A DNA stretch of 61,511 nt, filler included, from Sphacelaria rigidula (taxonomy: Eukaryota), in NCBI GenBank assembly GCA_964200075.2. It is 7 parts of 7 records of this genome, joined end to end, with 100 filler letters (N's around TTAATTAATTAA, not from the genome) between each part and the next. Parts side by side here need not be neighbours in the genome. Positions count along the whole stretch, not along the records: positions 35,209 to 43,909 come from CAXNAA020010333.1; positions 44,010 to 52,710 come from CAXNAA020010334.1; 5 more parts are not named here. One strand, given 5' to 3'. A program made the translations under genes and the position numbers. Below are positions 36,249-47,300 of this stretch, in pieces; position 1 is the stretch's first letter; every line of letters begins with the position of its first letter. Below the pieces are notes generated by a model. The model was not told the DNA's origin and did not search any database. It saw nothing but the letters and a program-made list of their open reading frames with translations.

Positions 36249-36937
36249 TTGTTGAAGCTTGTGCACACGGGCCAAAATCAAGCCTTGCGTGCCTGAAGCC
36301 TATACAAACGAAAAGCGGCACCACCTGTGTATTTTCTATATACTGAGTCCCGTGCGGGCACTGGGGAATATTTTCAGTCGGGTCTGAAAAACACGCCTCG
36401 GGCTAGTAGTTTTGCGTGAAAAACTGTAAATTGTCAGCCATGTGTCGTTTAGAAAACAGCACCTCGAAATCCGCACTTTTCCATTGCCGGTACCAAGAGG
36501 GTTTAAGGTGACGCACCATGCATTTCATCATCGGATCGTGACTCATCAGTACGCCCATGGGTATCCCGTTGAATTTTCGTTCGTCGACAAATTTGGCAGT
36601 TGTATAGTTCGAACTGTCGAGATTGAGAAATGAATGATCCAAAAGTGTATCTGCAGTGAGTACACATGGCAAAAAAATAGACTTTTGTGGGTAACAAAAA
36701 AAATAGAATCTAAATGCGTGTATTTTTTTTTAATAATTGGTACAGTCCGAGTTCACTACTCGGACTTTTTCCCGTTCATTTTTATCTTCTGTTTTTTTTT
36801 TCTTCCTTTTCTCGTCGATGTTTGCGGCATGGTCAAACGCATTTTTTTATTTTTTATCGACAGATACTCTCACATGCGAAAGGTGATGGATCCTGGACAG
36901 ATACTCGCGGTGATTTACCCCTTTTATATGCCGCCGC

Positions 36938-37155
36938 GCCCTGGTGGTGTAATGGTCCGACTGTTGCCATTAGGGTGGAGAGAACGGGGGTTCGATTCCC
37001 GATGCGTTGGGGTTTTTCTCCGTAATGTATGATTTTCACCGTGGAAAGCGTGAGAACGTGAGTAAACAGAACAGTCGACTGGGTTTGTGTGACATGAGTT
37101 GACGCCGTGCGGGAGTGCTGACCCGATCCGCGAGACCAAAATGAAAGGCACGTAC
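36938..37155 (+). mobile_element. tRNA-derived SINE (Pol III A and B boxes)
   Basis: A box tggtgtaatgg (~36945-36955) and B box ggttcgattcc (~36989-36999) at tRNA spacing, but no pairing acceptor or anticodon stem. The 3' extent is approximate. Confidence 0.65.
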
Positions 37156-37552
37156 CTGGGGAGAGATGGGTTGATCCCTTGAGAACGACGGACTCATCTC
37201 GAGGAGGGGGGGGGCTTCAAAGTGTGAGGAAAGAAAAAGAAAAAGATGGTATATCCACATGCATACACCGTTTATTTCACACGCCGTACAGCTCATGAGC
37301 CACCTCAATATCACGTCTCATTAGTTTACTGATCCGGATCATGAGCTAGCTCATTTGGCGTCTGTTCCCACGTTTGATCCCCACAGCGCTGGACGCCGAG
37401 CACGCGCAGTAGCGCTTTGGCTTCTCCGACCCCGCTGTCATGTATCTTGTGTTTTGGGACAACGGATCTCAGAGTTCTCTTCGAGTAGATTTTTAGGTAG
37501 CTAGCTCATGCGCTGTCCGATGTGTCATGCATTTCTTGTGCTTCTCCTGCAG

Positions 37553-40500
37553 TATGCTGAAGCGTTAAATCTGGAGTCAAGCTCGGGCGGATCGGATACC
37601 GAAACTCTCCTATCCAGGGCAGGGGTTGTCGTGGACTTCTTAGATTGGGCACTGCCCGAGATTCTCCATCCGGATATCGCCGGTGAGAGATCCAAGCGTA
37701 ACTGCCTCTTCGAGACACGGTGTCATGATCCAATTATCGATCTATTAGCTTGAGGGTGGCGAAATGAGGGTAAAGATTGAGGACCGCTGTCAACAAAAGT
37801 TTTTTTGTTTTTTTCCTCAAATTTTATGAAGGAAAATGGAGTCCACGTGAGGCACGCTCTAACCAATTGGTCAACCAATACTGTAAAGGGGAACGAGTCT
37901 TAGCACGTAGTCTCCGCATTCCTCCCTAGAAGTACTCGTAGGCTTGTGTTTTCAGTCATTGTCCAGGGGTAGGTAGGCCTGTAATCCTTGAGCGTACATG
38001 GCAGAATTCCCTCTCAAAACCTTGTGCGAAACTTCCATGTTTGGACTACGTGCTTCTCTTCAATTTGGGTGCCTTATCAATGAAGCAAATCAAAAGGGTT
38101 GCCACGTTCCTGTGTTGACCCCTTCTCCCGTCCTCCCCCTCCCGCTCAATTTATGCATTTGATCGTTCGCGGAAACATGACCACGATCTGTCGGCCTTCT
38201 GCTCCGTGCAGGCCCCGTAAATCTCGGCTTCGACCCCTTCGCAGTTATGGCAACGGGGGACCACGCGGTGGGAGTGCTGCTGGGACTGGACGCCTCCAAT
38301 CGCGGGGGATTGTTAGCCAAGGCAGACTTATCGAGGTAGGTCACGGCGTCACGGTGGAGAACTAGAATAGGGTGTGTACGACACCCGGGTAATGAAGTCT
38401 TGGGACCCTAAAACTTGCCAACCAGGGTTGTTTTTTAGGGAGGGGAGTGGGGGGTGCTCTACTGCGGTACGTACTCGCGGTGCAGTATCCATATGATGCA
38501 AACGACAGCCAGAAACTCGTCCCCCACTTGTGGTATTCAACGGGTGGTATTTGGCGTATGGGTGATTCAGACAATCATCTACGGCACTCATGCGTGCCAG
38601 GGCTGGAGGTATACCTCCGACAGCGGGGTCTTGCTGTGGTGGCCGAAGACGGCAACGAGCCTTCTGGGGGACCAAAATGTTGAGGGTGGTACATTAGTCG
38701 GCCTCACGTTGACTCAGTAAACTTTAACACTCGGTAGTTGACAGATAGTCCTCGGAAAGTTCCGGTTTGTGACAGGTGCAGTATTGGATTTTAGCGCGGA
38801 CACCGAACTCCGGATCTTTGGAGGGGCTATGCTCCTGGCGTGCTCCTAGCGTGCGCAGAACGCGTTTTTGTCTTAATCGGCGTCTGGGGCGCCGATTCGA
38901 GGTCTGGCAACGCACTCTTCGCCTAGGGAACACGTTCTACCCCCCTTGCCCGAGGGTTCTCGGTATGTCCTCGTTGGGGTTAGGGTTAGTGCATCAGCAC
39001 CTGCACAAACCATAAATTTCCGAGAAATATCTGTCAACTACCGAGTGGTAAAGTCACCTCCGTTGACTTGGTACGGGACGCATCGACGGCGTCGAAGACG
39101 AGAACTGTCGCACGGGGGACGCTCGAAAATACCATGTACAGCACGCAGTGCTGCATGCAGTGACGCTGAATCAGATGAGAACAGATTGGTGCCGTGCGTG
39201 TGTCGGCTCTGTTTCGCACCCTTGACGTACATACATAACGAAGGAAAGGCACCCGAACGCTCGGCGCTTCCCTCCGTCCATCGCCTCGAACCGCATCAAC
39301 GGCAAAGAGAGCTAGAGAAGTGACGGATTGTACAGAAACTATAGGTGTTTTGATTACGCAAAGCTTGAAGATTGCTGCAACGTCGCAGTACTTTTGAGTG
39401 TCGGGCTCGTCCGTGAAGCAGGTTTGCTGATCGTCTCAATCACACCCGAGCATAATTGTTCCGAGCCGAAGAGCTGACTGTCCCGGGATTTGGAAAATGA
39501 CCCACAGGCATAGCACATGTAGGCACTGCACACGGGTTGGTGGACACGTGGGAGCTGAAGAGATTATTCTCGAACGCGGAAAAAACTTGCATACGTCGGA
39601 CGAGCACGAGTGTGACTCGTGGCACTCGCACTCGTTGGGCTGCTCGTTCGCCGTCAAAGTTAACAGAGCAAGCACTCGAGTCATTGCTCGTTGTGAAAAA
39701 AAAAATAATAGGGCGAGCACTCGAGCCAGTGCTCGTTGTGGAAACAAACTAATAGGGCGAGCACTCGAGCCATTGCTCGTTGTGGGAAAAAAGTAAGAGG
39801 GCGAGCACACGAGTTACTGTTCGTTGTAAGAAGAAGTATTGACTCGAGCACACGAGTCGTGCTCGTTGTGTTTTCGAAAAACATCCACGAGTGCATTCGT
39901 TTCGACGAGTAATGACTCGTCCGAGTGTGATAACTTGGCCAATAGGATTAGCTCTCGAGTCTTGCGCCTTGTTTCGAAACGGAAGAACCACGCTTTACCC
40001 GCGGAGATTGGAATGCTAACTTTTTGCACTCGGATTTCTTTCGGAGTATCTCTCTCTCTCACGCCCGAAATATGTTTGTGAAACACCCGAAGCTGCGGCG
40101 TGATGGTTCGAAATGCGGAACAACAATTGGGAGAATACAATGTTCATGGTATGTATGCGCTTGCAACACCCGAGAATGAAAACCGGATGTCGTTATACTT
40201 ACAGTGATGATGTTCCCAGCGCCCGCGACGAGTCAATACCATCGATGTGATTGATTCATTGGTTCATTGATTCATTGATTCATTGATTCATTGGTTCATT
40301 GGTTCATTGATTCATTGATTCATTGATTCATTGGTTCATTGGTTCATTGGTTCATTGGTTCATTGGTTCATTGATTCCTCGATCGAATGATTGATTGATT
40401 GCACACCCTCGTCCAAAAGTGTACTGCGGGTGCAGTATTGACTATTGCGTCTATTGCAGTAGACGATATATTCCATACTGTATGCAGCACAGTTTTGGAC

Positions 40501-41959
40501 ACTGCCATCTTTTGTCCAGGGCGTGATTGGTTGGTTTACACTCACTCACTCACCCACTCATTCACTCACTCACTCACCCACTCACTCGCTGCGCAAAGGG
40601 GATGATCGTACGACGTAGTGTTTGAACGGTGAGATACCCATGAGGCAGTCTACAAGCCGTGGCTGTCTCTGGAAGTGGCAATACCAGAAAATAAAGCAAC
40701 CCATTGGGGGCTGCTATTTTTATACAAGATAATCAATACTCTTCGGGCGGAACCATCTCAGCACGGCGAAGTTCCCCCTTCATGCGACTAGTCGCCGTGC
40801 ACACCACGGTGCTTCGTCCTTGGTGATCGATACCGAGCCTGGTCCGGCCGAAACCCGGCGTGCTCCGTCCCGGCTTTGTACGGATGCGAGGCCAACGGTC
40901 TCATGGCCATGGCATGAAAGATGATGAGTGTCCACTCACTCACTGGCCTACTCTGGCTTAAGGACTTATTCACTGGTTGATTGATGGTTTGTTTCACATC
41001 CACCGATGCAATGTGATATGCGCCCCCAAGGTAATTATAGAGCGAAACCTGCAGAAGCTTTTGTGTTGTCGTGGGTCTGCTGTACTGTACCGCGAACGAT
41101 GCCCAACGCCTATTGTCTGGAGGTGCTGTCCCACAGTACATCTTTTCCCCCTCCCTTCGGTCCTCCCAAGCAGTTTTTGCGGGATCATAATGGCCGAGTT
41201 GCAACGTGTTGTCCGGGTGGGCGGGATACTGTCGGAGGCCTACCGCGATTTCTATCGAGAACATTTTATATTGTGTTTTTCATTTTGCCACTGCTCGAGT
41301 TTTTGTTGAAGACTTGTCGTTTGTTTTTGTTGGTCGTGTCCTTGCACTCCCTGCGACTCGATTTTGTATTTTCTGCGAGTGTTTTGCGCGTTCAGCTTCC
41401 TTTGGGGTACTCGTACGAGGTGTGTCTTCTGGTAACGCCGACTGTTTGTTCGCAGTGGATTAGTGTGTGTGCCAGAGAGACGATCAGACAGATCGACCTG
41501 GCTGATGATGTCAATTTATCGAACGACGTGTTGAGTCAAAGGTGATGATTTTTATCGGATGTATTACATGGATCAAATCAAATTAAACCAGATCACATCG
41601 AAACAAAGCGAAGCGAATCAATCGAATCGGGTCAATCAGATACAAATCAAATCAGATCCATCACATGAAGTCACATCACACCGAATCAGATCAGATCAGA
41701 TAAGCTTAAATCTGACCAGATCCGCTTAAATCTGACCAGATCCGCTTAAATCAGACCAGATCAGATCGGTTCAAGTCAAATCTAATGAATTGATGAACAG
41801 GTTACGCGCGCGAGCAGCGATGTTGGCCGGTGCCAATCTGTTGGAGGAGGGAAAATGGCGCGAGGCTTCGGTGCAGGCTTTCGCAACGGCGGTGTCTGCG
41901 TATCCGGACGATACTGAGACTCTGGCTTCTGCCGGAGAGGGATCCTTGGAGTATGGCAG
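37553..41959 (+). CDS. Internal exons of a TPR-like helical-repeat protein (partial)
   Basis: Phase-compatible GT-AG exons at 37553-37682 (YAEALNLESSSGGSDTETLLSRAGVVVDFLDW), 38212-38335 (GDHAVGVLLGLDASNRGGLLAKADLS) and 41801-41959 (ASVQAFATAVSAYPDDTETLASAGEGSLEYG). Confidence 0.7.
38721..39054. mobile_element. MITE with ~50-bp TIRs and an internal TTAGGG-like motif
   Basis: actttaacactcggtagttgacagatagtcctcggaaagttccggtttgt versus acaaaccataaatttccgagaaatatctgtcaactaccgagtggtaaagt. ggggttagggttag lies at about 38976. Confidence 0.8.
39662..39880. repeat. Tandem array of about five 44-45-bp units, each with an internal inverted repeat
   Basis: The unit aatagggcgagcactcgagccagtgctcgttgtggaaa... 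repeats near 39662, 39707, 39751, 39795 and 39841. Confidence 0.85.
40248..40401. repeat. (TTGATTCA/TTGGTTCA)n microsatellite
   Basis: Visible 8-bp periodic run. Confidence 0.95.
40402..40525. mobile_element. Short palindromic MITE related to 18827-18996
   Basis: Termini cacaccctcgtccaaaag / cttttgtccagggcgtg, flanks attgattg / attggttg, internal gtactgc...gcagcac. Confidence 0.65.
40604..40932 (+). mobile_element. Family A retroposon copy next to (CACT)n
   Basis: Reverse complement of the 23129-23460 sequence. Ends ggcatgaaagatgatgagtgtc followed by cactcactcact, with a (CACT)n run at 40539-40587 upstream. Confidence 0.85.
41570..41790. repeat. Degenerate (ATCAR)n pentamer repeat including three ~20-bp tandem units
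   Basis: atcaaatcaaat...atcagatcag, with gcttaaatctgaccagatcc repeated at 41704-41762. Confidence 0.85.
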
Positions 41960-44009
41960 GTGCAAAATCCGCGGTAGTTCAGTACCTTATGAGTTCCAGC
42001 GATTGCCGGTCAGAGTAACCTACAGTAAGCTCGAGTGATTTCGGAGGTACACATTGATTGCGTAATATTTTCTCTGCATGTCGTCGAGCAGAGTTGGCGG
42101 CCCCGGGAACAATACTAAGTGATGGCGAGCGTACGAAGTTTGTGCGGGTGCTATACATTAGAATCGAAAAGGACGCGATTTTTTTAGTTTTTTGCGGGGC
42201 CTTATTTCTTCTCAACTGGATACATTTTGCGTTTCAGCTATGATGTTGGAGATCAAACGATAAATGGTTGCGTCGTTTACGGCTGCTGGTCAATATTCGT
42301 TTCATTTTCCAGCTAACGCGCCGTTTATTTATACTTGTTTTCATCTTTTTTTCTGGGGGCAGGAAGGTTTTGCTACATCATGAAAGCTTGCGCACGTTGA
42401 AAGCCTAATTGTGACATACTTCGCTGTCGAATCGTCTTGAGATACCTGGTTGATCCGTCAGCAGCCAATATTTTTACCAGGGGGGGTAGGGAGGGGTATT
42501 CCAGTACAATAATCAACGATGCGGTCATTAGACATGAGTCTCATGAAGCATGTTGTCTGCGACGTCACAATTGTCATTTTCGTCCACCTACGCCTCTTTT
42601 TATTTTCAGGCCAATTTGCACTGTCGCTGCCCATCAAACTCGTCTTTGTTTTTTCTTGTTTTTTCACGCTGGCACTTTTTCACCACTAGGGCTTCAATTT
42701 CAATCTGCGCATAGATTAAAGATACGAAATCCCGACAGTCCCCCATCCCCACCCCCTCTTCTACCCCCGCTCGAGAAACAAAGAAAAAACAGGCCCAATG
42801 TGTGAGCTAAATTTTGTCGTTTCCCGCCATTCTCCTGTTGCATTCTCAGTGCGCTGAATATCTTCTGGCCGCAAGTGCTTAAACAATGAGACAGAACCCG
42901 TCGGTCCCAAGACGGCGTCCCCTTTGCTTCTGCATTGGTGTAGTAGTATCAATATTCCTTCGTGCGATATATACACGTATCTATATATACACATTTCGAA
43001 TCAAAAAAATATTCCGTGGAAAGTGAACGCGCGCCTCGTCCAGTAGTAAAGGTTCATTCGCCAGCATCGTCATCATCCGATCGCCCGCCCGTTCACGCCT
43101 TGCATGCAGCTGATGCTGAAGGGGTGGAGAGTTTCGTGTGCAGTGGTATCCGTGCCATGTATACACTTTTTGATCAACGCTATGTATCGCCTGCTAGTCG
43201 TCGGAAAATACTTTTTTTTTTGTTTTTGCGAAAAAATAAAAAGTGAGCTATCGGTACGGCCTCCAGAGACTGGAAAAAAGAAGAAAAAAGGGAAAGCGCT
43301 GGGAGAATCACGAGAATATATCCTATCCACTGCTCACTATCAGGGTCGCAACGGAACAAGGGGGGATCGGCGACTTTAGTCCCGCAACAACGTATCGACA
43401 TCAAAATTGTACTTCTCTAGTTGAACCGCACCGGTTTCGACACCCAACTCATCGCCGTTCGGACGGCGTGCTCCCGAAGACAAAATTGTGGGTAAGCATG
43501 TACGAAAAAAATGGGCGGAAAACTTCGCAAGTCCCGAGGAATCAATTGTGCGCACTTTTGGGATTTTCGTCGCTTGAGGCTTTGAGAGCCGAGACGTGAA
43601 ATGAAATGCTGCTCAGAAAAGCAACATGAAATCACTCGGAACCAATTTTCACGACTGTCGTATGTGCGATTCTACTTTTCCATCTTTGAGAAAATTGGAT
43701 CTTTGTTGCAAAAATTCAGTGGAGAAACCGTGAAAAAAACATAGGGCAGTGCAGGCCTTCGGATAATGAATTCGTTCACCTCTGATCACATTTTCTGGGC
43801 CTTAACTCCTGAACCTCTCGAGTGATGGAATCTCCGTATATTATCTTTTGGGCAATGGCCTAGAAAAGGTATACCTTCTCGTTTTTTGCCCAAGAAAGGT
43901 ACGAAAAATNNNNNNNNNNNNNNNNNNNNNNNNNNNNNNNNNNNNNNNNNNNNTTAATTAATTAANNNNNNNNNNNNNNNNNNNNNNNNNNNNNNNNNNN
44001 NNNNNNNNN

Positions 44010-44070
44010 CATTTGTTGCTTGCCGTAGTCGTTTGACCATTGACCACGCATCCCTTTCGAGACGGAGCGG
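44010..44070 (-). mobile_element. Family B copy cut by the contig start
   Basis: catttgttgcttgccgtagtcgtttgaccattgaccacgcatccctttcgagacggagc followed by a G run. Confidence 0.85.
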
Positions 44071-44303
44071 GGGGGGGGGGTTCCGTGTCCGAACTTTTTC
44101 TCTCGAAAGACCCTTGATGCTACGTGTAATGTTTTACCCGTGTTCTTGATGACCGCCGAAAGTCTTAGGGAGTCATCGAGGACACTACTGGCTTTCAACT
44201 TAGCACAATCGTTGATCTCAGCATTGCTTGCAAGACCTGCTATTACGTAAAAAACGGGCGGTTGAGACGCGCAACAATCGCTCCGCTACGGCTTTGCTGT
44301 CAG

Positions 44304-47300
44304 ACCGCAAATGGAACTGCAACGATCGGTGGCGAATTTTCGCTCATCCACGGAGTCAACGCGTCAGCACCCTTGGCGCACAACGCGTCAGCTGCAGACG
44401 TTGCCGAAGCTATAAACTACATCAACGATTGGGCGGGCGTTATATTGGTGGAAAGAGAAGAGCTCAGCGAGTGGACTGATAACCTAGGCGACATGTTCGA
44501 ATGGAGGATGACATTTCCACCGGAACAGGGAGATGTTCCCGAGTTACGGGTAAGATACTTCTATGTTTTCTTGCTGTCGCACCCCGATTGGATATTGTAC
44601 CCATCTTTGATGGCACCTACCCGTTGCGATACATCGTGGCAAGCATGTTGAGCACAGTAATACATTATATATGCCATACTCATTGGAAGCTGCTCGTAGT
44701 GTCACCTCCACACATGAAAATAAAATTTGAAGGGTCCGGCGGTCAGTATGTCCACGCGTGCACCCAACAGCTAGTTATTGTGCCTGTCCCAGAATAAAAT
44801 CTCAGCCAATCCCACATGCACCAGACTAGGCCTGCACGGGCTAAGATGGAAATGTTTTGGCGGGGGAGTATGTTGTATGAAAGTTCAGCTGGTCTAGGGT
44901 ACAGGCTAAGAATGGGAGGTCACTCACTGCGATCACTCGGTGTGTAATGAATGACGAAAACATAACACCATACAGTCATTCAAATGGACGGCGATTGCCA
45001 AAAAAAACAGAACATGTTGTCTATCCTGTTGTCCAGGGCAGGGACGTGCTTACGCCAGAACCATATTCCTTCAACTAAATGTTGACCAATTTTCAAATCT
45101 TATTGTGAGACGAGCGTGGAGTGGCCAGTTTATCTGCAGTCACCGTTAACCCTGTCGTTTCAGATGCGAGTGCATACTTACGTTAACATTCGCTTGTTTG
45201 GACTTGCACTTTTAGTATGTGCGTCGACTGCGTGCATGTTGTGCGCGATGGCGTGTTTCGTGAGCAACATGCTATCGACCTCAACTACACCTCAAATTGT
45301 GATACTGTGTACGAGTATACCCGGAATCACGAGATGATCGGCAAGTGCATACTGCCACGTTGGAGACGGAAGAGTTTTACTTTCTCCACTCGAGCATGTG
45401 CGTGTTTTAGCACATTCATTTGTGCCTCGATCATGCAGGTATTACACCAGGTAGCGCAACATGTATGAGATCATATTAGCTTTTACAACATGTTGATGAG
45501 CATGGTGGCATAATTCACAGGGAAGAGCGTATCCCCTGTTTTATGCGTGCTCTAACACGTCGGGTCAATCGCCCCCTGTTTCGCAGGTGTTCGGCGATGA
45601 TCTCACTGGGCCAGATGGAGTAGCGGTCGAGATAGAAACCCTGGTCAATGGTTCCTTCCGTGAATTGTCGGGAAACTTCACCCTACGGTATGGGGCATCG
45701 GGGGGGAACCCTACTTGGCCCCTTCTCTTCAACGCGACTGCAGAGGACGTGGAGATCGCTCTAGAGGTCAGGAGTGTACACGTGATTCAAGATTCCAAAA
45801 CAGCATGACTCATCTCAAGTCTGATATAATCCGATTTAGCAGCCCCCCGTGGATTATATCTCTCCCTTATGCGTTCACGAGATGTATGTCAGCTGCTTTG
45901 AGATTTGTGTCGCAACAACGTGGCTCTCAAGGTTCATCGCACCCCCGGTAGTAACACTTTGACGCATGACCGATGATCATTGGAGGTGGGTGATTTAGAA
46001 ATGTGTATGCTGTCTGGGATATCGCGGTTTCGACGGGAGCATCACTAATTTTCATAACACGATACGCCACCCCCTAGAGCTTCGTAAGTGTAGACAATTT
46101 TCGTTTGTCGTGAGAGGGCGTCAGGAGAGTTGACAGAGTAGTACCTGGTACTACGCGAGATATTCTACTAGGGAACATCTTTGTACCTACACGTACAAGC
46201 GCCCAAATGCATAAGTCATCCGTGGGGGGTTGGAAGTACAAACGAGGCCGAGCAGCCCATTACACGCTGGAGATGCTCCGCACGGACTACACTACGCTGA
46301 GAAGCGCTTGGATGCCAAGCAACCAAATACACTACTCTACTGCCACCGGTAGATCAAGCCGCAACATGCCTCAAAACCGGACAGGCGATACTGTGGAGAA
46401 ACTGGAACAGTGGAGCTTTAGCTTAAGGCGAAACTATGTGGTTGACAGGACGACTACTTGATTTTAGAGTGAAGAAAGTTATAAGAAAATTTATGGTTTG
46501 GGGCAGGTGAGCGGTGGACCCAGCTCGTCCAGAACGTTTTTGTCCAAATCGATTCCGACGGCATCGATTTGAGGTCTTCCAACGCAAAATATTGCCTAGG
46601 CGAACCTTTGCACCCCGGGGAAAGGGTTAGGGTCAGTGTTACGGTTAGTTCGTCCAAAAAACAACCATAGATTTTCGCCGAAAGCTAAAGGTCGCCTCAA
46701 CTGGCAACTTTGACTCTATCAGACCTGAAGTACATGATGATATTTTCCTGGAATATCATCCAACAGGCACTTGACGGCATAGGTGATGTGAACGTCACGA
46801 CTCAAGAGCAGTATTCTGCAGAGCAGGGCCGAAGCGGGAGACAGTGGACAGTTTCGTTTACCTCAACGGGGAGCCCTGCACATATCGGTGAAATAAAGGT
46901 GATCGTTGACTTTCATTTTAAAGGTAGACATATGCTTTAAAGGGCAAAGCCCCCCCGAGTGATAAGGGCAGCCGGCCGCTTGTATGTATACACATGTTAT
47001 ATTTATGCGCATGCGACAATCAAGCAATCACAATCATCACACGCCATGCAACTCGAGTGTAGTTCCCAATACTTTTTTTTTTCAGGCCTCAGCGACTGGT
47101 GTAAATTTAATGCCGTGAAACGTAGGCCTACCTGCCAGGGCATGTCGGGTGTGCTAGATATAGACCGTCAATTCTTCTCCGAACTCTCACTGTTTCCTTC
47201 AATACCATACGTAGGTCAACCTAGTGTGTATGGTTCTCATTTCCCCCGCCCCGAGCCAACAGAAAGGCTACATGTCGACCTTACAACAATCATTGGCAGT

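Noticed and set aside
36938-37010. Functional tRNA gene
   Set aside because: Only the A and B boxes are retained, and the acceptor and anticodon stems do not pair.
39662-39880. CRISPR-like array
   Set aside because: Linkers are short, A-rich and similar to each other rather than unique spacers. There are no cas genes and the context is a eukaryotic intron.
40820-40885. Hammerhead ribozyme-like motif in family A (GA-GCC-loop-GGC-CGAAAC)
   Set aside because: A stem II plus GAAA is present, but the CUGANGA core is missing in all copies and no stem I pairing was found.
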